A stretch of 64,000 nucleotides of DNA from an uncultured Acidobacteriota bacterium (GCA_963822445.1 CAWGHO010000002.1:2016001-2080000); one strand, 5' to 3'; counted from the stretch's first letter, positions 34,131 through 43,589 are shown. Numbers and translations are program-made. Notes: generated by a model from the sequence alone, not told the origin.

Positions 34131-35928
34131 ATTTGAGCTCGATCACAAGCTCCTCGACGTTCAGGGCGTAAACCCATTCCGGTTTGCGCGGGCGGCGGCG
34201 CGTGGGAGCGGCGGGCGTCACGCCGTTCACTTTGGCGACCTCGCCGGCGATGGTCACGCGCAGATTCGCGGGACCTTCGAGCGAGCGGACGCGAATCACT
34301 TTCCCGTTCCGAGTCTGCTGCACGCGCGGTTCTTTCGGGGTGGGCCTTTCGTAGCGCGGACGCTCCTTTGTGTAGGTGGGCAGCGCCAACGCAATCACCG
34401 CGGAAACAACGGCTAGCGCGGCGACGACGCTTGCGAATCGGAACAGCGGTGCGATCCAGACTGCGACGAACGCGATGAGCACTGCAACGACGGACATCAG
34501 CCCTCCACCCAGCGCGTCGTAGAGCACGAGGCCCATCGGGAAAATGACGATGGCCGCGCCGGTCGCCGCAATCGCGCTGAGGGTCGTGTCATTCGCACGA
34601 GCCAGCGCGCAGATCGTCACTAGCACGGCCGGCACGAGGAAGAGGAAGCTCGGTCCGGGAAGGGTGAGCGCGAGCACGACCGCCGCCGCGTGAAACACCA
34701 TCGCCGCGCCGAAGATCATCGCGCGCTCATTTGATTTCTTGCGGAACAGTGCAACGGCGAACAGCGCCGCGGCCAGGCCGGTCAGCCACATCGCGATCAC
34801 CGAAGGCGCGGGATAGGCGACCCAGTTCGCGTCGCCGCTTCGCAGGCGCGCGAGCCAGGACACGGCAAACCCGCCGATCGCGGCGAACAAGATCGTCGCG
34901 AAGGTCGTCAGCACGCCGAACGTCATCGCCCGGGGCTCGGTCTTTCGTGCGCCGAAGAGAAGCAGGGTGAGACTGAGGAGCGCGATCCAGATCGTCCAGC
35001 TCGCGGGCCACCAGATCAGAAAAAATCCGAGGACGTCGAAGTAGACGGCGTCTTCACGGCTGCGCGCGGCGAGGTCGGCATTCACGAGCACGTGCAGCAT
35101 CGCCAGCGCGTTCTCCCGATGATGCTGCAGCGTGCGCGGGCTGGCGTGCCCGAGGTCGTCGAGCGGCGTGTGGTACCAGTGCACGCCGCGGATGGCGGCG
35201 AAGTTGATCACCGCCTTCCCGTCTCGCTTGAAGACCGAAACGTCGGTGTCGTTGGGAAGCAGGTCGTAAACGGTCTGGTAAAGCGAGGTTGCCTGCGGCC
35301 GCGGTAATGCCGAGGAGAGATGACGGATCAGCCAGCGATTGCCGCGGCTGGTCTCGAACATGTTGCTCGTGCCGTAGGTGCCGCGGTTCTCGACGTTGAC
35401 GATCGCCGCGACCTCGCGCATGAGCGCAGGATCGGCAGCAAAAGCCTCGGCACCGAGCAGTCCCGCCTCTTCGCCGTCGGTGATCAGAAAGACTACGTCG
35501 TTGCGGAAGCGCTGGCCGCGCACTTCACGGGCGATCTCGAGAAGCGCCGCGACGCCCATTGCGTCGTCCGAGGCGCCCGGTCCGGCGCGGACGGAGTCGT
35601 AGTGCGCGGCGAGCATGACCGCCTGACCGGAGCCTTGTCCGCGCGAGCGGGCGATGACGTTCTCGACCGTGGCGCAGGTGATGCGCGCGTTGCAGACGAA
35701 GCGGCGCTGGATTGTCGTTTCGTACCCTAAGTCGCGGAAGCGCTGGAGGATGCGGTCGCGGACGCGCGCGTTCTCTGCCGAGCCCAGCGGGTGCGGCTTT
35801 CCGTCGGCCACGAGCTCGCGAAGCACGGTCATGGCCCGGTCGTCAGCGGGGGCGGGGCCGTACGAGCGCCAGATCGCGACGGTCAGGACGGCCAGCAGCG
35901 GCAGGGCGATCGCGGTCAGACGGCGCAT
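34129..35928 (-). CDS. Membrane-bound M28 family metallopeptidase
   Basis: AAHYDSV, GASDDAMG, DGEEAGLLGA, YHTPLD, followed by several TM helices. Confidence 0.85.
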   Translation of the reverse strand: MRRLTAIALPLLAVLTVAIWRSYGPAPADDRAMTVLRELVADGKPHPLGSAENARVRDRILQRFRDLGYETTIQRRFVCNARITCATVENVIARSRGQGSGQAVMLAAHYDSVRAGPGASDDAMGVAALLEIAREVRGQRFRNDVVFLITDGEEAGLLGAEAFAADPALMREVAAIVNVENRGTYGTSNMFETSRGNRWLIRHLSSALPRPQATSLYQTVYDLLPNDTDVSVFKRDGKAVINFAAIRGVHWYHTPLDDLGHASPRTLQHHRENALAMLHVLVNADLAARSREDAVYFDVLGFFLIWWPASWTIWIALLSLTLLLFGARKTEPRAMTFGVLTTFATILFAAIGGFAVSWLARLRSGDANWVAYPAPSVIAMWLTGLAAALFAVALFRKKSNERAMIFGAAMVFHAAAVVLALTLPGPSFLFLVPAVLVTICALARANDTTLSAIAATGAAIVIFPMGLVLYDALGGGLMSVVAVLIAFVAVWIAPLFRFASVVAALAVVSAVIALALPTYTKERPRYERPTPKEPRVQQTRNGKVIRVRSLEGPANLRVTIAGEVAKVNGVTPAAPTRRRPRKPEWVYALNVEELVIELK

Positions 35929-35978
35929 CGGGGGATTGTCTCGCAACTCTTCGGCGGTGCCTTCGTAATCACTGAATC

Positions 35979-36755
35979 ATGAAGAGCTTCCTCGCCGCCG
36001 CCGCGCTCCTCCTCGCCACCACCGCGTCCGCCGCCGAGCTCACGGAGACGATCGACAAGACCTTCGACGTGAAGCCGGGCGCGCACGTCGTTCTCAACAA
36101 CGTGAACGGCGGGATCACCGTGAGCTCCTGGAATCAGCCGCGGGTTCGCGTGATTGCCGTGAAGAAAGTCGAAGGCGGCCGCAAGATCGCCCAGGAAGCG
36201 ATGAAGGAGTTGCGTGTGGAGATGCAGCCGCGCAACGGCGGGCTGGTCGTGAAGACGCAGTACCCCGAGGATCAAGGCATCTCGTCGTTCTTCGACTGGC
36301 TCACCGGCAACGACGCGAGCGCGCAGGTCCGCTACGAGCTCACGGTGCCGAAGTCGATGAACCTCGACATCTCCAACACCAACGGCGGGATCACCGTGAA
36401 CGACGTCACCGGGAAGCACGATCTCGACACGACGAACGGCCGCATCACCGCCGTGCGCTGCGCGGGATCGCTCGATGCCTCGACCACCAACGGCCGCATC
36501 AACGCGGAGCTGGTGCGGGTGACGCCGGGCCAGGACATCCGGCTCTCGACGACGAACGGCGGGATTACCGTGGCCGTGCCGTCGAACTTCGCCGGCGAGC
36601 TCGATGCCGGCACGACCAACGGCTCGATCCACACCGACTTCCCCGTTACGACCACGCGCGGCGACAACAATCGCCTGCGCGGCACGGTCAACGGCGGCGG
36701 CGCGCACCTGAAACTGCGCACGACCAACGGCGGGATTCAGATCAAGAAGTTGTAG
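35979..36755 (+). CDS. Secreted DUF4097-like beta-strand repeat protein
   Basis: Signal peptide and repeated (T/N)TNG(G/R/S)I motifs. Confidence 0.8.
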   Translation: MKSFLAAAALLLATTASAAELTETIDKTFDVKPGAHVVLNNVNGGITVSSWNQPRVRVIAVKKVEGGRKIAQEAMKELRVEMQPRNGGLVVKTQYPEDQGISSFFDWLTGNDASAQVRYELTVPKSMNLDISNTNGGITVNDVTGKHDLDTTNGRITAVRCAGSLDASTTNGRINAELVRVTPGQDIRLSTTNGGITVAVPSNFAGELDAGTTNGSIHTDFPVTTTRGDNNRLRGTVNGGGAHLKLRTTNGGIQIKKL

Positions 36756-36820
36756 GAGTGCGGCGGCAGAGCCGCCGCTTTGGGACGTACCAAAGCGGTA
36801 GCTCCGCTACCGCACTCCTA
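36753..36820. repeat. REPIN-like inverted doublet
   Basis: TAGGAGTGCGGCGGCAGAGCCGCCGCTTTGG and CCAAAGCGGTAGCTCCGCTACCGCACTCCTA, each with an internal hairpin. Confidence 0.88.
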
Positions 36821-36964
36821 AACGCCGCCGATGGCGGGCGTCGGTGCACACGCGGCCGCGCACTCGCCGAATCGTGAGGACGATCGCCGGGACCCGCAGA
36901 AACCGCAGGATGTCCACCGGACCGACCGGCGCGACGTTCATCGTCAGCGCTAGGAAGAGAGCCT

Positions 36965-38338
36965 TCACGCCTGTTCGAAGTACCGCTTCCGCTCCCAGTC
37001 CGTGACCACGGCATCGAACTTCCGCTGTTCGGTGCGGAAGAAGTGGAGGTAGTGCTCCACGACGTTCTCGCCGAAGACCTCGCGCGCGAACGCGCTGTTC
37101 TCCAGCGCCGCGATCGACTCGTTCAGCGAATGAGGGACCTGCGGCAATTCGAGCGCGCCGTAAACATCGCCTTCGAATGCCGGCGGCGGCTCGATCTGCT
37201 TCTCGATCCCATCCAGACCCGCGGCGAGTGTCGCGGCGAACGCGAGATAGACGTTCGCGTCCGCGCCGGCGGTGCGGCATTCGATGCGAAGCGATGAGCC
37301 GTGGCCGACGATGCGGAAGCCGGCCGTGCGATTGTCGTAACTCCAGGCGATCCCCGTCGGCGCGAAGGAACCGGCCACGTATCGCTTGTACGACGACGGA
37401 TACGGCGCATAGAACGGGAACAGCTCGCGGATGTGGGCCATCCATCCGCCGAGGAACCAGCGGAAGAGCGGGGAGCACTTGATCGGGCCGAGGGAGTCGT
37501 CGCCTTTGAAGAGAGGCTTGCCGTCCTTCGTCCAGAGACTCGCGTGAATGTGGCAGCTCGAGCCGGCGTAACGCTCGTCCCACTTGGCCATGAACGTGAC
37601 CGAGCGGCCGTTCTGCCAGGCGATCTCTTTCGCGGCGTGTTTGTAGATCGAGTGCCGGTCGGCCATCTCCAGCAGGTCCGCGTAACGAAGGCCGATCTCC
37701 TGCTGTCCCGGTCCCCATTCGCCTTTTGATGATTCGACGGGGACGCCTGATTTCTCCAGATGACGGCGGATCGCGCCGATCAGGAACTCTTCCTTCGTGC
37801 CCTGGAAGATGTGGTAATCCTCGATCAGTCTCCCGATCGGCTCGATGTTGACGAAGCTCTTCTTCGCCACCTCTTCGTACGAATCCTTGAACACGTACAG
37901 CTCGAGCTCCGACGCCCCCATGGCCACATAGCCCATCTCGTCCGCGCGGGCGAGCTGTCTCCGCAGAATGCTGCGCGGCGCGTACGGCACGAGCTCGTTC
38001 GCTTCCTCTTCGTACACGTCGCACAGCACGATCGCTGTTTTGTCCAGCCACGAGGCAACACGGAGCGTGTTGAAGTCGGGCACGGGACGAAAGTCGCCGT
38101 AGCCTTTCGCCCAGCTGGTGAACTGGTAGCCGGGCACGGGATCCATGTCCATGTCGCAAGCCAGCAGGTAATCGCACGCGTGAATCGCCCCCTCGGCCAC
38201 TTCATCGATGAAGAACCGGCCGACGATGCGCTTGCCGACCAGGCGGCCGTACATGTCGGGGAAGACCACCAGCACGGTCTCGATGTCGTTGTTGACGACC
38301 AGCCGCTTGAGCTCTTTGAGGTCGATTCGTCCCTGCAT
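36965..38338 (-). CDS. Glutamine synthetase family protein (gamma-glutamyl-amine ligase, PuuA-like)
   Basis: FPDMYGRLVGKR, ELELY, GEWGPGQQE, GSSCHIHASL, DNRTAGFR, RIECR. Confidence 0.85.
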   Translation of the reverse strand: MQGRIDLKELKRLVVNNDIETVLVVFPDMYGRLVGKRIVGRFFIDEVAEGAIHACDYLLACDMDMDPVPGYQFTSWAKGYGDFRPVPDFNTLRVASWLDKTAIVLCDVYEEEANELVPYAPRSILRRQLARADEMGYVAMGASELELYVFKDSYEEVAKKSFVNIEPIGRLIEDYHIFQGTKEEFLIGAIRRHLEKSGVPVESSKGEWGPGQQEIGLRYADLLEMADRHSIYKHAAKEIAWQNGRSVTFMAKWDERYAGSSCHIHASLWTKDGKPLFKGDDSLGPIKCSPLFRWFLGGWMAHIRELFPFYAPYPSSYKRYVAGSFAPTGIAWSYDNRTAGFRIVGHGSSLRIECRTAGADANVYLAFAATLAAGLDGIEKQIEPPPAFEGDVYGALELPQVPHSLNESIAALENSAFAREVFGENVVEHYLHFFRTEQRKFDAVVTDWERKRYFEQA

Positions 38339-38341
38339 GAA

Positions 38342-39724
38342 TTACTCGCTGACGTCGATGTAGACCGTTTTCCACTCCGAATAGTGATCGAGGGCCTGGA
38401 GACCGAGCTCGCGTCCGAGGCCGGAGCGTTTCACGCCGCCGAACGGGGCTTCGAGATGCACGCTGCTGCCGGAGTTGATCGAAAGGTTACCCGTTTCCAC
38501 GGCGCGCGCGACGCGCATGGCCCGGCCGATGTCGCGAGTCCAGATCGAGCCGGAGAGTCCGTAGATCGAATCGTTGGCCATGCGCACCCCGTCAGCCTCG
38601 GTATCGAACGGCATCACCGTGACCACGGGACCGAAGATCTCTTCACGCACGATGGTCATGTCCGGTTTCGCGTCGAGGAAGACCGCCGGCTGAAGATACG
38701 AGCCCGGGCCTTCCGGCGTCACTCCGCCGCAGGCGAGCGTCGCGCCTTCTGACTTGCCGCTGTCGATGTACTTCATCACCCGATCGCGATGCGCGGTCGT
38801 CACGAGCGGGCCCATTTCCGTCTCGTCATCGAGCGGATCGCCGACTTTCGTCTCGCCAAACTTCTTCACGAGCGCTTCGGCGAATCGATCGTAGATGCCG
38901 CGCTGCACGAAGATGCGACTGCGCGCGCAGCAGTCCTGGCCGGCGTTGCCGAGGGAGCTCGAGGCCGCGGAGTCGATGGCGCGATCGAAGTCGGCGTCGT
39001 CGAAGATCAGGTTCGGCGACTTGCCGCCGAGCTCCAGCGAAACGCGCTTGATGTCGTCCGCGGCGAGGCGCATCACGTTCATGCCCACTTCCGTCGAGCC
39101 GGTGAAGGCGATCTTGCGAACCAGTGGATGTTTGACCAGCGCTTCGCCGATGACCGAGCCCGATCCGGTGACGACGGAGAAGACTCCGCGAGGCAAACCG
39201 GCTTCGAGCGCGAGCTCCGCGAGGCGCATCGCGGTGAGCGGAGTTTGTTCCGCAGGCTTGAGCACGACCGTGTTACCCATGGCCAGTGCCGGCGCGGTCT
39301 TCCAGGCAGTGATGGCGATGGGGAAGTTCCAGGGAACGATGATTCCGCAGACGCCGACCGGCTCGCGGAAGGAGAGCAGAACGCCTGGTGCGGCCGCGGG
39401 GATGGTCTGGCCGCCGACCTTGTTCGTCGCGCCGGCGTAGTACTCGAACACATTCGCGGCGAGGCCGACTTCGTCGCGCGCATCGCGAATCGGCTTGCCG
39501 ACGTTGCGCGCCTCCATCTTCGCCAGCTCGTCTTTGTTCTGCCGGATGAGGGCCGCGAATTTGTTGAGCAAGCGACCGCGCTCGCGCGTATTGATCTTTC
39601 GCCATTCGCCGCGGAAGGCGCGGTCGGCGTTGCGCACGGCGTGGTCGAGATCATCGACCGACACGCGCGGCACGGTGGTGAGCGGCTCGCCCGTCGCGGG
39701 CTCGATGAGTGTGGTTGTTGGCAC
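38342..39724 (-). CDS. NAD-dependent aldehyde dehydrogenase
   Basis: PWNFP, FTGSTEVG, LELGGKSP, GQDCCA, EEIFGPV. GTG start at 39724 inferred. Confidence 0.92.
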   Translation of the reverse strand: MPTTTLIEPATGEPLTTVPRVSVDDLDHAVRNADRAFRGEWRKINTRERGRLLNKFAALIRQNKDELAKMEARNVGKPIRDARDEVGLAANVFEYYAGATNKVGGQTIPAAAPGVLLSFREPVGVCGIIVPWNFPIAITAWKTAPALAMGNTVVLKPAEQTPLTAMRLAELALEAGLPRGVFSVVTGSGSVIGEALVKHPLVRKIAFTGSTEVGMNVMRLAADDIKRVSLELGGKSPNLIFDDADFDRAIDSAASSSLGNAGQDCCARSRIFVQRGIYDRFAEALVKKFGETKVGDPLDDETEMGPLVTTAHRDRVMKYIDSGKSEGATLACGGVTPEGPGSYLQPAVFLDAKPDMTIVREEIFGPVVTVMPFDTEADGVRMANDSIYGLSGSIWTRDIGRAMRVARAVETGNLSINSGSSVHLEAPFGGVKRSGLGRELGLQALDHYSEWKTVYIDVSE

Positions 39725-39750
39725 CTCAGCCGTCCTGTGCAAAAACCGCG

Positions 39751-40599
39751 TCAATCCGGCGGCGGCAAATCCGCGGCCGGCTCGCCCTGCATCGTATGCC
39801 ACGCGATCGCGGCCAGCACGATCACGGCGCCAACCATCGCGTACCCCGACGGCCGCTCGCCGAGGAACAGCAGCACCCAAACAGGATTCGCCACCGGCTC
39901 GAGCATCCCCGTCAAAGAAGCCTCGGTAGCAGTGACGTACTTGAGCCCTTTCACGAACGCGGCGTAGGCGAAGCCGATCTGGAACACGCCGAGGAAGAGC
40001 AGTGCGGCGAAGGATTTCGGGGTCAGCGCGAAGTCATTCACTACAGCGGGGACCAGAGCCAGGGCGATGAAGACGTTGCCCCAGGTGACGGCGGCGCGGG
40101 ATGCGTCGTGCTCGCGGCGCAGCGACAGGATCAGCGCGGCGAAGAAGACGCTGGAGAGGAGGGCCATGCCATTCCCGGCCATGCCTTTCGCTTCGAACTT
40201 GCCGACGAAGAAGAGGGCTATCCCGGCCATGGCCACGACGATGGCGATCACGTCGCGGCGCCGCATCGGTTCGCGCAGGACCAGCGGCGAAAACAGCAGT
40301 ACCCAGACCACGCCGGCGTACTGCAGAAAGATCGCGTTCGCGGCAGTCGTCCACTTCGTGGCGATCACGAATGAGGTGAGGCAGGTGCCGTAGCTCACGA
40401 TCGCGGCGATGAACGCTGGCGACCAGCGCAAGCGTACGTGCTTTCGAAAGATGAGGAAAAGCGTGATCGCTGCGAAGACCGATCGATAGAACGTGACTTT
40501 CAGCGCCGGATCGATGACGTACTTGATGCCGATGCCGCCCGTCGACCAGAGCAGCGCGGCGAGGACGATGTAGAGCAGACCTTTTCGGCGATCGGTCAC
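39751..40599 (-). CDS. EamA/DMT family transporter
   Basis: About 10 TM helices, LEPVANPVWVLLFLGE. Confidence 0.88.
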   Translation of the reverse strand: MTDRRKGLLYIVLAALLWSTGGIGIKYVIDPALKVTFYRSVFAAITLFLIFRKHVRLRWSPAFIAAIVSYGTCLTSFVIATKWTTAANAIFLQYAGVVWVLLFSPLVLREPMRRRDVIAIVVAMAGIALFFVGKFEAKGMAGNGMALLSSVFFAALILSLRREHDASRAAVTWGNVFIALALVPAVVNDFALTPKSFAALLFLGVFQIGFAYAAFVKGLKYVTATEASLTGMLEPVANPVWVLLFLGERPSGYAMVGAVIVLAAIAWHTMQGEPAADLPPPD

Positions 40600-40612
40600 A
40601 GCGCGCGGGAGT

Positions 40613-40879
40613 CTACCGCGCCGCTTCGCGTCTCTTGTGATGAACGGTGATCGCGTATCCGAGGAGGGCGTTGATGACCATCGCGCCGTTCGTCACGGCG
40701 AAGACCCAGTTCCTCACCAGCAGGCTGTAGATGGTGAAGCCGACCGATGCGGCCATCTGTCCAACAAAGAGCCATCGCGAAACACCCGCGCTCGACTTCT
40801 CCCGCCACTGCTTCGCGACCTGATGGCCGAGGGTGACGATGAGGATGAGGGACGCGGCCCAGCCGATGGCGTCTGTCAT
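40613..40879 (-). CDS. PQ-loop / SemiSWEET-like 3-TM protein
   Basis: IGWAAS...QVAKQWREKSSAGVS...YSLL...VFAVTN; the PQ dipeptide is replaced by HQ. Confidence 0.7.
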   Translation of the reverse strand: MTDAIGWAASLILIVTLGHQVAKQWREKSSAGVSRWLFVGQMAASVGFTIYSLLVRNWVFAVTNGAMVINALLGYAITVHHKRREAAR

Positions 40880-40880
40880 G

Positions 40881-40957
40881 GGTGGTAGGCGGTATGCGGT
40901 AGGCGGTAGGCGGTGGAACGAGCGCGAGGTCTCCCGCCTACCGCCTACTGCCTACTA
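40881..40957. repeat. Inverted heptamer tandem array
   Basis: (GGTAGGC)x4 at 40884-40911, a spacer, then (CCGCCTA)x3 at 40934-40954. Confidence 0.9.
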
Positions 40958-41404
40958 ATTCGGCATATACGGTCCCCGCTCCATCCGCGAGCGGATCTCG
41001 CTTTCCGTGGGCGGGCAGGGCAGCGGGTCTTCGGGGGGCGGGACGACGTAGGCGCATTCGCGGACGACTTCCGCCATCGTGTCGATTTCCAGCGGTTTGT
41101 TCAGCACCGCGGAGACGAGTGAGGGGTCGAGGAATGCGTCGTTCTTCGGATCGCGAACGGCCATGATGAACGAGGTCGAATCGGGGCGGTGTTCGCGGAA
41201 GGTGGTGATGAAGCGCAGGCCGTCGTCGTCGGGCAGATCGATGTCGACGATGATCAGCGCGTAGTCGCAGCTGCTTACTTTCTGGAGCGCGGCGTCGGCG
41301 GTCTTCACGGTGTCGACGACGAGCGGCTGATGGCGGAGGATCGTGAAGAGCAGAACGCGCAACGCTTCGTTGTGCTCGACGATCAAGACTCTCGGCTCTG
41401 GCAT
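40955..41404 (-). CDS. Single-domain response regulator, atypical receiver
   Basis: RVLIVEHN, IIVDIDLPDDDG, LNKPL. Confidence 0.75.
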   Translation of the reverse strand: MPEPRVLIVEHNEALRVLLFTILRHQPLVVDTVKTADAALQKVSSCDYALIIVDIDLPDDDGLRFITTFREHRPDSTSFIMAVRDPKNDAFLDPSLVSAVLNKPLEIDTMAEVVRECAYVVPPPEDPLPCPPTESEIRSRMERGPYMPN

Positions 41405-41461
41405 CTGTATGACGTCCTTTTGTCGACTACCTAAAGTCCAAAAGACGTGCCACAGCGAGCG

Positions 41462-41905
41462 CTAGTTCGTCTCCTCTTCGTGCTCGCTGGGCGTCAGCTC
41501 GTCCTTCGCGGGAACGCACGTATCGGCCGGGAGCGGCTCGGTCACTTTAAGACAACCCACGACCGTGTCGACGAGGAGCTCCACGTCGAACGGCTTGTGG
41601 ATGGTGCCGACCACGAACGTCGTGTCGAAGTTGCGAGGCTCGATTCCGGCCGTCAGGACGAGGACGAGCGGACGCGTGGACGCGGATTCATCGGCGATGT
41701 GGGCGAGGACCTCGTATCCGCTCATGAGCGGCATCATCAGGTCGAGGAGCAGCAGCGAGTAGCGGCATTCACCCAGTCTCGCCACGGCTTCCACACCATT
41801 CCGCGCTGTTTCCACCCGCAGGCCGCGTCGTCTCAGAACCGTCGACAGCAGCGCACGGATCGCGTCGTCGTCATCGACGACAAGGATTCGTTTTTCGGAT
41901 TTCAT
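41462..41905 (-). CDS. Single-domain response regulator (CheY-like)
   Basis: ILVVDDD, LLDLMMPLMSG, VLTA, HKPFD. Confidence 0.88.
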   Translation of the reverse strand: MKSEKRILVVDDDDAIRALLSTVLRRRGLRVETARNGVEAVARLGECRYSLLLLDLMMPLMSGYEVLAHIADESASTRPLVLVLTAGIEPRNFDTTFVVGTIHKPFDVELLVDTVVGCLKVTEPLPADTCVPAKDELTPSEHEEETN

Positions 41906-41972
41906 TCGCCCAGCCCGCACACGCGACTACAAATAAAATTGAGGAGCAAACAGCGTTCCGAAACGCGCCGAA

Positions 41973-42524
41973 TTACTTGATGAGGCGGGAGATAGTTCGA
42001 AATTCGTCCGTTCCCGACACACCCACGAGCTCGAACAGCGCCATTTCCGTCGAGCTGAGCTTCGCACCTTCCGAAATCATGCGACGGAGGGCGATGTCCC
42101 GGTTCTCCGGCGTGCGCGAGGAGACGGCATCCGCGGCGATGGTGACTTCGAGCCCGGTGCCGAGCAGGTCCATCACGGTCTGATAGACGCACACATGCGT
42201 TTCGACGCCGGCGATCACGATTTGCCGCCGATTCATCGCTCCGAGTTGCGCCGAAAACGCGGCACAGCCGTGCGCGGAGAAACAGTCCTTTTCGATCGGG
42301 CGGTAGCCGCTGGTTTCATCGAGCGCGGTGCGAATCAAATCGACGGTCGGCCCGAGTCCCTTCACGTACTGCTCGGTGAGGATGACCGGAATGCCGAGGA
42401 TGTGTGCGCCGCGGATCAGGCGTTCGATGTTGCGGAGGATGGAGTCCGCGCCGTCGATGACCGGCATCAGCTTTTGCTGGACGTCGATGATGACGAGGAT
42501 GGTGTTGGACCGTTGCAATTGCAT
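41973..42524 (-). CDS. Isochorismatase family hydrolase
   Basis: IIDVQ, TEQYVKGLG, EKDCFS, GVETHVCVYQT. Confidence 0.9.
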   Translation of the reverse strand: MQLQRSNTILVIIDVQQKLMPVIDGADSILRNIERLIRGAHILGIPVILTEQYVKGLGPTVDLIRTALDETSGYRPIEKDCFSAHGCAAFSAQLGAMNRRQIVIAGVETHVCVYQTVMDLLGTGLEVTIAADAVSSRTPENRDIALRRMISEGAKLSSTEMALFELVGVSGTDEFRTISRLIK

Positions 42525-42542
42525 GCTCGCTCTCGCGTAACT

Positions 42543-42672
42543 GTAATCCTTCGCCGCAAAGCGGCGGAGGATCAACGGTTACACCGGCAGGATGTAGCCC
42601 AACGACGCTGCACGTTAGGCCGCATCCTGCCGGTGTAACCGTTGATCCTCCGGCGCTGCGCGCCGAAGGATT
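42543..42672. repeat. Long hairpin element with a perfect 30-bp inverted repeat
   Basis: 42565-42594 CGGAGGATCAACGGTTACACCGGCAGGATG is the exact reverse complement of 42623-42652; outer AATCCTTCG/CGAAGGATT also pair. Confidence 0.92.
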
Positions 42673-43589
42673 TAGACGACGCGATGCAAAGGCGACCCCC
42701 CCTGCAAGTACCGCAGCACGTTCGTCGCCGCGATCCGCGCCATCGCATTCCGAGCCTCCTCGGTAGCCGACCCGATGTGCGGCAGGATCACCACGTTCTT
42801 CATCGACAGCAGGCGCGGGTTCACCTCCGGCTCGTGCTCGTACACGTCGAGCCCCGCGCCGCGAAGCTGACCGCTGTCGAGCGCATCGCAGAGCGCGTCT
42901 TCATCCACGAGCGCACCGCGGGAGGTGTTGATCAGGTACGCGCCCGGCTTCATCTTCGCCAGAGCTTCAGCACTGATGACGTGGTGCGTCTCGCGCGACA
43001 ACGGCGCGTGAATGGAAATGACGTCGCTCGTCGCCAGCAGCTCATCGAGCGGTTCACCGCGACGCACGCCGACGATCTCCATCCCGAACGCGCGGGCGCG
43101 AGCGGCAACCGCGGTGCCGATTCTCCCCATGCCGAGGATGCCCAGCTTCTTTCCCTGCAGCGACGAGCCGAGAAGCTTGAGCGGCTCCCACTCGCACCGG
43201 CCTGTCGCGCGAAGCTCGGCGTCTCCTTCGACGATCCGTCGCACCACGGCCAGCATCAGCGCCATGGTCAGGTCGGCGGTGGCCTCGGTCAGCACGCCGG
43301 GCGTGTTTGTCACGGCAATCCCCAGCTCCCGCGCCGCGTCGATGTCGATGTTGTTGTAGCCGACGGCGTGGTTCGAAACGATGCGCAGATTCGGATTGGC
43401 TTCGAGGACGCGCCGCGTGATCGGATCCTGCAGCAGAGTGATCGCGCCATCGGCATCCGCCAGCAGCATGATCACGTCGTCTTCCGATCGCCCATGCTCG
43501 GTCGGATGCTCGATCACGTCGAAATGCGGCGCGAGGATGTCCCGCGCGACGTCTGGAAAATCAGCGGTGAGCACGACCGTGTATCTCAT
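42672..43589 (-). CDS. D-2-hydroxyacid dehydrogenase (glyoxylate reductase / D-glycerate dehydrogenase family)
   Basis: AVGYNNID, NTPGVLTEATAD, GMGRIG, NTSRG, LDVYEHEP, PHIGSAT. Confidence 0.92.
   Translation of the reverse strand: MRYTVVLTADFPDVARDILAPHFDVIEHPTEHGRSEDDVIMLLADADGAITLLQDPITRRVLEANPNLRIVSNHAVGYNNIDIDAARELGIAVTNTPGVLTEATADLTMALMLAVVRRIVEGDAELRATGRCEWEPLKLLGSSLQGKKLGILGMGRIGTAVAARARAFGMEIVGVRRGEPLDELLATSDVISIHAPLSRETHHVISAEALAKMKPGAYLINTSRGALVDEDALCDALDSGQLRGAGLDVYEHEPEVNPRLLSMKNVVILPHIGSATEEARNAMARIAATNVLRYLQGGSPLHRVV

Noticed and set aside
36090-36740. Repeated ACCAACGGC motifs in the DUF4097 gene
   Set aside because: They are in-frame codons for the TNG protein repeat, not a DNA element.
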